This document shows, in pieces, positions 28,859-37,930 of a stretch of 64,000 nt of DNA. The stretch lies in NCBI GenBank assembly GCA_964410585.1, contig CAYPFW010000002.1, forward strand, positions 32,001 through 96,000. Reading direction: 5' to 3'. The position numbers and the translations under genes are program-made. The notes below the pieces were generated by a model. It did not search any database. It was not told the origin of the DNA and saw only the letters and a list, made by a program, of their open reading frames with translations. How positions within the stretch are numbered: position 1 is the stretch's first letter; every line of letters starts with the position of its first letter. The stretch is from an uncultured archaeon (GTDB lineage Archaea > Aenigmatarchaeota > Aenigmatarchaeia > QMZP01 > JACQNV01).

Positions 28859-29689
28859 ATGAAATTCGCATACCATAATTCTGGTTTTGAAAAAGCAGAG
28901 CTGGTTTTGTTTGGTTTGCCAGATGAGAAAGGTTCTCAAGCCCAAAGGACAGGAGTGGACAAAGGACCTAATTCTATAAGAAAAGCATCGCAGAGGAATG
29001 TTTACAAATTCAAAGGCGGCCAAGCAATATACGAGCCCGAAATAGGAAGGTTCAACAAAAGCCTCTACGATTTTGGAAATGTAAAAAGGTCAGATTTAGC
29101 AAAAATATTCCCAAAACTTGGAAAAAAAATTCCAATTTTTCTTGGCGGCGATCATTCCATAACATTGGACATACTAAAAAAATTTAAACAAGATAAAATT
29201 TCCTTAGTATATTTAGATGCACATCCTGATGCAACAAACTCAAAAAAACCCTACTATGGATCTGTGATAAGTGATTTAGCTCAGTTAAAAAACATAGACA
29301 TGAAATCCAGCATATTAATCGGTGCAAGGGCTGCAACAGATGAGGAAAATTTTTCACTGGAAGAATTTGGTTTGAAAACAATAAGGCCGCAGGATTTAGA
29401 GGAAAGAGGAATAAAACACGTCTTAAATGAGATAAAGGGGACAGTGGGAAAACATATTTACCTTTCAATTGATTTGGATGCATGCGATCCTGCTTTTGCT
29501 CCTGGAGTATCTTCTCCTGTTCCTGGTGGTTTGACAAGCAGGGAACTTATTTGTATTTCAAGACATGTTGCAAAGCTTGGTCTTGTTGGTTTTGATATTG
29601 TTGAGCATACACCAAAGTATGATGTTCAAGAAATGACAGCCCATTTGGCCTCTAATTTAATTTTAGAAATTGTTTCAAACCTTCCTTAA
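28859..29689 (+). CDS. speB: Agmatinase / arginase family ureohydrolase
   Basis: GGDHS, DAHPD, SIDLDACDPAFAPG. Confidence 0.85.
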   Translation: MKFAYHNSGFEKAELVLFGLPDEKGSQAQRTGVDKGPNSIRKASQRNVYKFKGGQAIYEPEIGRFNKSLYDFGNVKRSDLAKIFPKLGKKIPIFLGGDHSITLDILKKFKQDKISLVYLDAHPDATNSKKPYYGSVISDLAQLKNIDMKSSILIGARAATDEENFSLEEFGLKTIRPQDLEERGIKHVLNEIKGTVGKHIYLSIDLDACDPAFAPGVSSPVPGGLTSRELICISRHVAKLGLVGFDIVEHTPKYDVQEMTAHLASNLILEIVSNLP

Positions 29690-30384
29690 TCGTCTGATGT
29701 TTTTATTTGTGCTATAAGGTCTTCGTATGATTTTTGTGTTTCAATAAAATCCATTTTTTCCAAATCCATTAAACAGTATCTTCTTGTTTTTTTGTTGTAA
29801 ATCATAATACCAGAAGGTCTTCCTTCAAACTCTCCAAACACAATTGTGTCGATATCTATTTCAGGGTCTATGTCAAAATTACCAGAAACAGCAGCTATTG
29901 CCGCTAATCCCAAAGGCCTTGGTATGCCTTTTGCAAATTCTGTCCAAATTTTACCCTTTACTCTCCTCAAAGCCAGATATGTGCCTATAACCTTATACCT
30001 GAATTCTAAACTTTGACTTGACTTAATAACTAGCTGATTTTCATATCCGGGAACATCTTGTTTTATCCTTCCGGAATTTTCGATTCTTATTGTGTCGTTT
30101 CCTATGCTGATTTTTCTCAGTTTGCCTTGGCCCAAAACCGGAAAATAAGATCTCCCAAGTTGGTCTGTTTCCCTTACCCCAAACTCTTCATCTGATTGAT
30201 AGTTTAGAAGCCTAGATCTCAGCGTTGAAAGAAACCTATCGCCTTGTCCAAAAAGAATGTCTGAAAAATAGTATGGTTTCTCTTGCTCTACTACTTGAGC
30301 TGGTGGTTCTGGAATTTTTTGTGAAGTATGGCATGTTGTGGCCAAAACCAAACTCCCTAAAAGCAAATTCCTAATATATCTCAT
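29686..30384 (-). CDS. Hypothetical protein with signal/lipoprotein-like N-terminus
   Basis: MRYIRNLLLGSLVLATTC. Confidence 0.65.
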   Translation of the reverse strand: MRYIRNLLLGSLVLATTCHTSQKIPEPPAQVVEQEKPYYFSDILFGQGDRFLSTLRSRLLNYQSDEEFGVRETDQLGRSYFPVLGQGKLRKISIGNDTIRIENSGRIKQDVPGYENQLVIKSSQSLEFRYKVIGTYLALRRVKGKIWTEFAKGIPRPLGLAAIAAVSGNFDIDPEIDIDTIVFGEFEGRPSGIMIYNKKTRRYCLMDLEKMDFIETQKSYEDLIAQIKTSDD

Positions 30385-30399
30385 TATTTATCTTCTCAA

Positions 30400-31173
30400 T
30401 TAGTTTTTTATTCTTTGCATGAGGCTTTTGGTTTGCTTTTGAGAAAAACCAATTAGAGGCCTAAATGTAAGTGTGTTATCCTTCCAATTTTCGAGTTTTG
30501 TATCGCCTTTGATCAAGGGCAGGTTTTCTTTTTCTCCAAAAATTAAAGGCTTTCCTGAATTCCACTTTTCCAAATCTTTTGCTAATTCTACTTTTCCTGA
30601 AAAAACAACCTCGCAGCCTCTTTTCATAAATAGCCAAGATGCTATAGTGTCGTTTTCGTTTTCGACAAAACAACCAACTTTCCCAGCTGTGCCTATAGGA
30701 AGACCACCTGAGCCTTGGAAAATGTCTGTATACAAGTATGCATCTTTGTTTCTAATATCAATAGAAACTGTCTTGTCTGGTTTTGATAAGTTCACTTTGT
30801 TCGCAAACTTTTCGAGAAGCGAGCTTCCTATATTTTTTTCAATATCTTGCGAGGAATATTCGTGGTTGCCTATCCTATTGCATCTAACTGCAAAAGTTTC
30901 GCCCTTTTTGAGCTTGATTTTTTCTAGACAAAGGTTTTTTATATCATCCAAAGAAGAAGATGTTTTCCAGCATGGAGAAAAAGAGACAACACCGAAAACT
31001 CTCTTCAGTGGGTCTATATACTCTGATTCAACCAAAAATCTACCATAAATATTTGCTACTTTGGCTTCTTTTCCCAAAACATTTTTTATGTTTTTGAGCA
31101 AAATATCCTCAAACTTTCTTCTGACTGTTTTAGACTTCAGTGCAAGTTCGCCGTATCGTATTAGGTACAACAT
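30400..31173 (-). CDS. THUMP-domain protein, ThiI-derived with degenerate PP-loop
   Basis: IRYGELALKS, THUMP, GGLPIGTAGKV, MKRGC, RPLIG; SGGIDS replaced by ENENDT; only 257 aa. Confidence 0.82.
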   Translation of the reverse strand: MLYLIRYGELALKSKTVRRKFEDILLKNIKNVLGKEAKVANIYGRFLVESEYIDPLKRVFGVVSFSPCWKTSSSLDDIKNLCLEKIKLKKGETFAVRCNRIGNHEYSSQDIEKNIGSSLLEKFANKVNLSKPDKTVSIDIRNKDAYLYTDIFQGSGGLPIGTAGKVGCFVENENDTIASWLFMKRGCEVVFSGKVELAKDLEKWNSGKPLIFGEKENLPLIKGDTKLENWKDNTLTFRPLIGFSQKQTKSLMQRIKN

Positions 31174-31268
31174 ATATCTGCTGTGGTTCTAGGATATTTA
31201 AATAATTCAAACAATTATATCGATCAGCACCCGAACTGGCGATTATGGTATGTAATCGCTTTTCGTTT

Positions 31269-31362
31269 GCAGGGTTGGCCGAGGGGCAAGGCGATCGTTT
31301 GGTGAAAGATCCAAATCGAAACTGCAGATCGATTCAGACGAGTTCGACTCTCGTACCCTGCT
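31269..31362 (+). tRNA. tRNA-Cys(GCA) with a ~23-nt non-canonical intron in the anticodon stem (about 31298-31320)
   Basis: Acceptor GCAGGGT/ACCCTGC+T (U73 typical of Cys); ATCG[intron]A-CT-GCA-GA-TCGAT; T arm ACGAG-TTCGACT-CTCGT. Confidence 0.88.
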
Positions 31363-31379
31363 TTTTTTATCAAAAAGGT

Positions 31380-32138
31380 CTAGTTTTGACTCTTATTATA
31401 TTCCCAATATGTGGTTGGTAACTTTAGTATTTTTAGTCTTGATAGAATGTTAGTTTGAGGTGGGCAATATTTCAGTTTTTTCCATATAAGATATCGTGTT
31501 AAATGAACGGGGTTTTTGAAATTTATTTCTTTCATCCACTTATTCAAGTTTTCTTTTCCATTGATTTGAATTTTCATATGATTATTATTAGTTTTCAATC
31601 CAATTTTTCTAAGATGATTTGAAACATCCTTTATAAATTCTGGGTTATTGTGTAGTTTTATTTCTATAACAGGATAGGAATTATTTTTGTATGTGCCCCG
31701 CTTAGCGAAAAATAGAGATCCGTCTGTATCTGTTAGTCCTCTAATAAAAGGTGTTATGAATTTTCTATTTGTCGAAATCCATTTTGGAATTTTTAGTCTA
31801 TAAGCCTTTTTCCCAGCAGGCATTCCGCTTCGAAGTAAAAATTGTGATATCGCTTTGGATTCTATTTCTACTTCTATTTGTCCTTGATCGTATCTAAATC
31901 TGGGTTTAGTATTCGTGTTAAAAAGTTTTTTAATCAATGTGTTTACGTAGTCTAAGTAAAATAAATCCTCTGTTATATTTAGACCTATAGCTAATTTATG
32001 ATGTCTTTTGCTTTTTAAGATATAACCATCACCAAACATTATACCTAAAAACTCAGAAAGATCTTTAGAGCGTTTTGGTATCTTTATATTTCTTAAATTA
32101 TCACTTATCGAGAAATCTATATTTTCCATATACATCAC
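31380..32138 (-). CDS. Free-standing double-motif LAGLIDADG endonuclease-like protein
   Basis: SEFLGIMFGDGYI and FIRGLTDTDGSL. Confidence 0.88.
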   Translation of the reverse strand: MMYMENIDFSISDNLRNIKIPKRSKDLSEFLGIMFGDGYILKSKRHHKLAIGLNITEDLFYLDYVNTLIKKLFNTNTKPRFRYDQGQIEVEIESKAISQFLLRSGMPAGKKAYRLKIPKWISTNRKFITPFIRGLTDTDGSLFFAKRGTYKNNSYPVIEIKLHNNPEFIKDVSNHLRKIGLKTNNNHMKIQINGKENLNKWMKEINFKNPVHLTRYLIWKKLKYCPPQTNILSRLKILKLPTTYWEYNKSQN

Positions 32139-32584
32139 TTCCTTTATGTGATTATAAACCTAACTAGAGGAGCTTGCCAATTTTCCAATAAACTCCTCTA
32201 GTCTGTTTCACTCCAAAAATTCCCTATATATCCAAATCTCCCTGTCTGTTAGATCTTCGTCTAGTTCAATCAATTTTTGAACTCTTCTGATTTCTGAAAA
32301 ACTTGGTTTTTGTATTTCCATAAATCCTCCTTCAGCTGACGCCATTTTGACTTCAGCCTTCGACTTATTTTCTACCATTTTGTGTGGGTGAGGGTCGAGG
32401 AAGTGGAAACTCCTGAGACCCTGACTCAGATGGAAACAGGTCTAACCAATTTGACAAGACCTGTTTCGGTATCCGTAGAAGTTGTGATTGAGCAAACCAA
32501 AAGAAAAAAGCGAAACCCAAAACCATTAAATGCCTAACTGAGCGAAAGCGAAGTGGCTTTTATGGTTTTGAACTCTTGACTGGG

Positions 32585-32601
32585 TTTACAACTTTTGTAA
32601 A
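32585..32601. promoter_or_regulatory. TTTACA-N5-TGTAAA palindrome (putative BlaI/CopY-family operator)
   Basis: Same motif at 50551, 51816 and 51873; adjacent to a TTTATAAA box. Confidence 0.6.
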
Positions 32602-32631
32602 TCTTTATAAATAAGTTAGACAAGATTGAAT

Positions 32632-33111
32632 ATGTCATACAAACTAAATAGCTTGGCTCTAATTGTTATTTCTATAGTTCTTGCTCTACATGTAGCCTCT
32701 TATACAGAAGAAATAATTCAGCTTCAGCTTCAACTACACAAAACATGCGATCTACCTGCTAACATTTGTCCAGCTAGGCAAATTCCTCCACAATCAATGA
32801 TAGGCTATTTCATTGCAGGTGTGATTTTTGTATTAGGCCTCTATAATCTGTTTTATGATAGGCGATCAAAAAAAGTGAAAGTGAAAGAATCAAAAGATGC
32901 GGAAAAAATTGTTGACTCTTTGTCAGAAGAAGAAAAACTTGTCTATTCAAAAATAAAGGAATCAGAAGGCGCAGCTTTCCAAAGTGAGCTTGTTGAAAAG
33001 TCGGGTTTGGACAAAGTCAAGGTTACACGAATTTTGGACAAACTCGAGGGCAAAGGTTTAGTTGAAAGGAAGAGAAGAGGAATGAGCAATGTTGTTGTGT
33101 TGAAGCACTAA
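32632..33111 (+). CDS. Membrane-anchored winged-helix regulator (2 TM, loop with CxxxxxxC)
   Basis: Two TM segments; FQSELVEKSGLDKVKVTRILDKLEGKGLVERKRRGMSN. Confidence 0.85.
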   Translation: MSYKLNSLALIVISIVLALHVASYTEEIIQLQLQLHKTCDLPANICPARQIPPQSMIGYFIAGVIFVLGLYNLFYDRRSKKVKVKESKDAEKIVDSLSEEEKLVYSKIKESEGAAFQSELVEKSGLDKVKVTRILDKLEGKGLVERKRRGMSNVVVLKH

Positions 33112-33204
33112 GGTTTTGACCGTAGTGTAGTTTCCTTTCTATCTGTGTTAAGTTCGTGGTATACTACAGTTCTAAATACAATTATTTCTTTGTATATTGT
33201 TTTC

Positions 33205-33380
33205 ATCATCCTATTGTGCGATGATGTCAAAATATCTCATGAACAGTTAGCAGAGTAATCTGTTAATTTGAGACACGATTTTTATGATAAAAGCTTAGTG
33301 GAAGGCGTAAAAAATTGCAAGCAACAGCGCAGCAATTTTTAGCCTCCTTTTTGGATCAACCCTTTTTGAAAAAGGGTTGA
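33205..33380 (+). repeat. Hairpin mosaic (modules D, E, F, B, F)
   Basis: CATCATC..GATGATG; GTTAATTTGAGACACGA; GGAAGGCGTA..TAGCCTCC (33300-33347); TCAACCCTTTT/AAAAGGGTTGA. Confidence 0.75.
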
Positions 33381-33453
33381 AACTAGTTTCAAACATAGGG
33401 TTATATGCTGTTTCTTACTAGAAGTGTTATTAAAAATCATGGGCCAGAAGTCC

Positions 33454-33499
33454 ATGGAGGGTTAGAGGAACCGGAAACAATTGAACTGCAGGTTCCCTA
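33454..33499 (+). promoter_or_regulatory. 46-nt leader element, copy 1 (identical copy at 53192-53237)
   Basis: ATGGAGGGTTAGAGGAACCGGAAACAATTGAACTGCAGGTTCCCTA; stem TAG(A)GGAACC/GGTTCCCTA. Confidence 0.8.
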
Positions 33500-33511
33500 T
33501 GAAGGAGAACT

Positions 33512-34150
33512 ATGAATAAAAAGAACTTGGAAACTGCGCTTTATGTCTTGGTGGTCCTTACACTGGCAGTAACAGCATTCAACCAATATGAAATATACAA
33601 TGTCAGTGGAATGGTTGGCATGAAGTCTGTGAGTGCATCTAGTCCAAGCTCTGGAAGCTCTGCAAACACTGTTGATTTGTCACAGTATTTACCTAAAGGT
33701 GTCCCAGCTGTATATGGTCCTGAACTAAAAGTCTCTTTTGATGATGCAGTTGGTGGGTTGAACATACTATCTGCAATGGATTGGGACTTGACAAAAGAAG
33801 ATAGCCCAAATGGACTGAGCATGAAGTTCTCAGACCTAACAGATGAACAAAAGGCAAGGTACATAAAAATTGGCTCAAGTATAGCTTGTGAATATTGTTG
33901 CGGCGCAAAAACACTTGTCATGAAAAATGGCCAGCCAGCATGTGGTTGTTCACATTCAGCAGCAATGAGAGCACTGACAAAATACTTGCTGACAAAGCAT
34001 GGAAGCGAATACACAGATGAACAAATACTTGATGAGCTGGTCAAATGGAAAACATTGTTCTTCCCAAAACAGATGACAGCAAAGCTTGCACAACAAAGCG
34101 GGAAAACAATTAGTTCAAGCCAAGCACCTGATATGGTTGGGGGTTGTTAG
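33512..34150 (+). CDS. Membrane-anchored CxxCC/CGCxH protein with C-terminal MVGGC tail
   Basis: N-terminal TM, Ser-rich linker, CEYCCG, CGCSH, ends APDMVGGC. Confidence 0.85.
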   Translation: MNKKNLETALYVLVVLTLAVTAFNQYEIYNVSGMVGMKSVSASSPSSGSSANTVDLSQYLPKGVPAVYGPELKVSFDDAVGGLNILSAMDWDLTKEDSPNGLSMKFSDLTDEQKARYIKIGSSIACEYCCGAKTLVMKNGQPACGCSHSAAMRALTKYLLTKHGSEYTDEQILDELVKWKTLFFPKQMTAKLAQQSGKTISSSQAPDMVGGC

Positions 34151-34196
34151 AACCCCTTTACTTTATTTTCAGTTAAAACAAAATGAGGTGATTTGT

Positions 34197-34466
34197 ATGG
34201 AAAAAGAAATATTGCTTGTGGCAATACTTGGAATAATCTTGCTGATAGGAATTGTACAATTAATACAACTTAATGGCATTTCAGCAAAGCTTGTCGGAGG
34301 AGTAGCTTTGTCCTCAAGTTCTGGATCTCAGGCAGGGGCAATAGATACAAGCCAAATGACAGCAAATGAAAAAATGAACTATGAAATGCACGGAATAATT
34401 CCAGAAAGATTTGGTTCAAGTGGTAGCGGTGCTTCAGCTTTACCAAACATGGTAGGTGGATGTTAA
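34197..34466 (+). CDS. Small membrane-anchored MVGGC-tail protein
   Basis: GAGGTGA SD; TM, S/G linker, MNYEMHG, ends ALPNMVGGC. Confidence 0.85.
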   Translation: MEKEILLVAILGIILLIGIVQLIQLNGISAKLVGGVALSSSSGSQAGAIDTSQMTANEKMNYEMHGIIPERFGSSGSGASALPNMVGGC

Positions 34467-34467
34467 T

Positions 34468-34932
34468 ATGAAGACTTTGGTTTTAGCTGTTTTAGCAATT
34501 GTGGTTTTAGGAGTAGCTGTATCTTTTGGTCTGTTTGGAAACCAGTCACCAAATGGCCCAAGCTACAGTATGCCTATAACTGTTTACAAATCTCAATCCT
34601 GCGGTTGCTGTGATCAGTATATTGGATATCTAAGAGGGAGAGGATTTCAAGTATCTGTAGTTGATACAAATGACATGGATACAATCAAAACAAAGCATGG
34701 GGTCCCAGCATCGATGCAAAGCTGCCACACATCTGCTATAGGAGATTATTTTGTTGAAGGACATGTTCCTATAGAAGCAATAAACAAATTGATTGAAGAA
34801 AAACCAGACATAAAAGGCATTGCTATGCCTGGAATGCCCACAGGATCGCCTGGAATGGGTGGAGTGAAAAATTCACCTTTTACAATATACTCAATATCAG
34901 ATAACGGATCAGCAGAGTTTATGAGGATTTAG
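34468..34932 (+). CDS. DUF411/CopG-like metal-binding protein
   Basis: VYKSQSCGCC, SCHT, VEGHVP, PGMPTGSPGM. Confidence 0.9.
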   Translation: MKTLVLAVLAIVVLGVAVSFGLFGNQSPNGPSYSMPITVYKSQSCGCCDQYIGYLRGRGFQVSVVDTNDMDTIKTKHGVPASMQSCHTSAIGDYFVEGHVPIEAINKLIEEKPDIKGIAMPGMPTGSPGMGGVKNSPFTIYSISDNGSAEFMRI

Positions 34933-34933
34933 T

Positions 34934-36118
34934 ATGAACACAGAAAAAATTAGGAAGGATTTTCCTTGCCTTAGCAAAGAAAGGCCAGTTGTCTACTTTG
35001 ACAATGCATGTATGACTTTGAGACCAAAACAGGTAATAGAAGCAATGAATGAATACTATGAAGAATATCCCGGATGTGGGGGCAGAAGCATGCATAAATT
35101 TGCCAAAAAAACAACTGAAAAATATTCAGAGGCAAGGAAAATTATTTCAAAACATATTGGAGCAAAAAAATCAGAAGAAACAGTATTTACAAGGAACACG
35201 ACAGAAGGAATAAATTTGGTTGCAAATTCCATTGGCCTGAAAAAAAATGAAATTGTTCTAACAACAGATAGGGAACACAACTCCAACCTTATCCCTTGGA
35301 AGGTTTTGGAAAAAAAAGTTGGGATAAAGCACAAATTTATTGAATCGAAAAAAGATTTTACTTTTGATTTAGAAAGGTTCAAAGAAGACGTGAAGCAGTC
35401 AAAGCTTGTTTCACTTGTCCATGCATCAAACATAGATGGGTATACTCTCCCTGCAAAAGAGATAATAAAAATTGCTCACGAAAGCGGTGCGCTTGTTATG
35501 TTGGATGGAGCACAGTATGCTCCGCACAAGGATGTGGATGTTAGAAAATTGGATGTAGATTTCTATGCATTTTCAGGTCACAAGATGCTTGGTCCAAGTG
35601 GAACTGGGGTTTTATATGGAAAATTTGAGCTCTTAGAAAAATTGGATCAATTTATTGTAGGTGGGGAAACAGTAAAGGATTCTACCTATACTTCTTTTGT
35701 CCCCGAAAATATTCCAGAGAGATTTGAAGCTGGCTTGCAAAATTATTCTGGTTTTATTGGTTTGGCTGCGGCTATAAAATACCTAGAGTCTATAGGAAAA
35801 GAGAGTGTTGAAAGGCATGAGAAAGAGCTAAAAAAAATAGCATTCGAGGGCTTGAAACAAATAGATGTAGCCAATATAGTAGGTACCAGTGAGGGCGGAG
35901 TTTTATCATTTAACATAGAAGGATTAGATCCTCATAGTATAGCTATCATCCTCGATAAGTTTGATATAATGATAAGGTCTGGATACCATTGCTGCCATTC
36001 TTGGTTCAATGCAAATAAAATAGAGGGCTCTGCAAGGGCCTCTTTCTATTTTTATAACACAGAAGAAGAAGTAGAGTTTTTCATTAAAAAATTGAAGGAG
36101 ATTTCAAAATTAAGATAA
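34934..36118 (+). CDS. Cysteine desulfurase (SufS-like, class V PLP)
   Basis: YFDNA, EHNSN, DGAQ, FSGHKMLGP, RSGYHCC. Confidence 0.92.
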   Translation: MNTEKIRKDFPCLSKERPVVYFDNACMTLRPKQVIEAMNEYYEEYPGCGGRSMHKFAKKTTEKYSEARKIISKHIGAKKSEETVFTRNTTEGINLVANSIGLKKNEIVLTTDREHNSNLIPWKVLEKKVGIKHKFIESKKDFTFDLERFKEDVKQSKLVSLVHASNIDGYTLPAKEIIKIAHESGALVMLDGAQYAPHKDVDVRKLDVDFYAFSGHKMLGPSGTGVLYGKFELLEKLDQFIVGGETVKDSTYTSFVPENIPERFEAGLQNYSGFIGLAAAIKYLESIGKESVERHEKELKKIAFEGLKQIDVANIVGTSEGGVLSFNIEGLDPHSIAIILDKFDIMIRSGYHCCHSWFNANKIEGSARASFYFYNTEEEVEFFIKKLKEISKLR

Positions 36119-36119
36119 T

Positions 36120-37037
36120 ATGGTTTTCTGTATAGTTGCTTTGGTTGTTTTTGGAGTAATGGGGATTTTTTCAGCAAAATATAGAACCTACTTCAAGGAG
36201 GCCTTAAGATGTGTTGGAAGGCAGATGACCCTAAGGAAATGTGACACTGATTTTGACAACAAGGTAAAATCAAAAATAACTGCAAAACTGATGAACCGAA
36301 GTCCAATGGCCGCAAAATTTGTCTACAAAAGATTTTCCTGGATTTCTTGGGCATTTGTCCTGTTAATGTTTTGGAGCATAGCATCTTTGGGAATAGGTGT
36401 ATACAATACCGTTGCATATGGAAATTGTAATGGTGAGGAATCAACTGACTTTTGTATATTCAATCCAGATATGACAGGAAATTCAGGCCACTCTATGCAT
36501 GAGGGCCTGGAAAAAAAGGAGCTAACACCCGCTTCTGTAGATGATGATCCGTTCTTGGGTGGGGAAAATGCAAAAGTTACAATAATCGAGTTTGGATGTT
36601 TCAGATGTAAATATACAAAAAAAGCAGAAGATACAAGAAAGCAAATTTTAGAAAAATATGGTGACAAAGTGAAGTTTGTTTTCAGAAACTTCCCGCTACC
36701 TTCTCACGATTTGAGTAGGGAAACAGCGGAAGCAGCAGACTGCGCTTTGGAGCAAGGCAAATATTGGGAATATCACGACAAGCTTTTTGAAAACCAAAAA
36801 GATATGAGTGTTGAAAAAATAAAAGAAATTCCAAGTGATATTGGTTTGGACACTCAGAAATTCAATGACTGTGTTGACTCCAGAAAATATGAGGATGAGG
36901 TCGAAAAGGACCATCAAGACGGCCTAAAATCCGGAATATATGGAACGCCAACATTTTTCATAAATGGAAGACCTTTAGTAGGTCCAAATACATTCGAGAA
37001 GTTTGTTCAAATAATAGATGAGGAGCTTGCAAAATAA
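36120..37037 (+). CDS. Membrane-anchored DsbA/BdbD-like protein
   Basis: EFGCFRC, RNFPL, GKYWEYHDKLF, GTPTFFING. Confidence 0.9.
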   Translation: MVFCIVALVVFGVMGIFSAKYRTYFKEALRCVGRQMTLRKCDTDFDNKVKSKITAKLMNRSPMAAKFVYKRFSWISWAFVLLMFWSIASLGIGVYNTVAYGNCNGEESTDFCIFNPDMTGNSGHSMHEGLEKKELTPASVDDDPFLGGENAKVTIIEFGCFRCKYTKKAEDTRKQILEKYGDKVKFVFRNFPLPSHDLSRETAEAADCALEQGKYWEYHDKLFENQKDMSVEKIKEIPSDIGLDTQKFNDCVDSRKYEDEVEKDHQDGLKSGIYGTPTFFINGRPLVGPNTFEKFVQIIDEELAK

Positions 37038-37039
37038 AT

Positions 37040-37471
37040 ATGAAAAAGTCAGGAAGGAAAAAAGACGGCAAGAAGATATTTGGAATAGCTGGAGGAGTCT
37101 CTGGGGCTGGAAGTGTGATCTCTGCTCATAATGTATGTCATGCACTTTGTATGGCTGTTGTTGCTTTCCTTTCTATCTTCGGAATAATCGTTTCAGCTGA
37201 TGTCTTAATGTGGCTTCAGGACTATAATTTATTTTTCTGGTCAATGGGAACTGTTTTCCTTGGAATGTCTCTCATATTATTATACATAAAGGGAAACTGT
37301 ATTTCCAAGAAAATGATTGTTCTGAATGTAGGCCTTCTAATCATTGGTTTTCCATTTTTACAAAATTGGATAATTTGGGCTCCAGGAATCTTAGTTGTTT
37401 TGTTTTCAATTGGCTGGTATTTGAGAGATAGATTCTGGCCTAATTTGTTTTTGAAGGGGGTGAGCGCATGA
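37040..37471 (+). CDS. Membrane protein with HxxCxxxC (MerC/MerT-like)
   Basis: SAHNVCHALC; four TM segments. Confidence 0.7.
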   Translation: MKKSGRKKDGKKIFGIAGGVSGAGSVISAHNVCHALCMAVVAFLSIFGIIVSADVLMWLQDYNLFFWSMGTVFLGMSLILLYIKGNCISKKMIVLNVGLLIIGFPFLQNWIIWAPGILVVLFSIGWYLRDRFWPNLFLKGVSA

Positions 37472-37767
37472 AAAATGAATATCTTCTATATGCAATAATA
37501 ATTTTTGGAGTTGTAATACTTGTTTGGAGTATAACAAGCATGGTTCAATCAAATGCGGTTGGAAGTGCAAAATTTAATTATTATCAATCACAAGCACAGC
37601 AAGCTGGAAGTGAATGTGGTGATATGAAAGATTTGGGAAATGTTCAGCACTTGAGTCACCATCCAGATAGATATGCAGATTGTATAAAACAAGTTGATCC
37701 GCAAATCTTCGAGCAAGCAGTTGGTCAACCAAAAGAGGAGTGGATGAAAGAAAATGGAATAAACTAA
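37468..37767 (+). CDS. Small membrane-anchored His/Cys protein
   Basis: TM; CGD..QHLSHHP..C. Confidence 0.75.
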   Translation: MKNEYLLYAIIIFGVVILVWSITSMVQSNAVGSAKFNYYQSQAQQAGSECGDMKDLGNVQHLSHHPDRYADCIKQVDPQIFEQAVGQPKEEWMKENGIN

Positions 37768-37782
37768 ATGGAGGAGTAGTAT

Positions 37783-37839
37783 ATGGATTGTTGTAAATCA
37801 GATAAGGGAAAATCAAAAAAGAAGAAGTGTTGCTGCTAA
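37783..37839 (+). CDS. 18-aa micropeptide MDCCKSDKGKSKKKKCCC
   Basis: GGAGGAG SD 6 nt upstream; similar peptide at 39763. Confidence 0.65.
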   Translation: MDCCKSDKGKSKKKKCCC

Positions 37840-37930
37840 ACTAAGTTGCGATGTTGTGTTTCACATCAGCGAAACAGCTGTAAAGAAAACACTAAATTAG
37901 CCAAATAGCTGGAAGTAGTGGGTAATAGAT

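Noticed and set aside
33512-34466. MVGGC as a ubiquitin/SAMP-like GG terminus
   Set aside because: No beta-grasp domain precedes the tail, and no E1 or JAMM gene is in the window.
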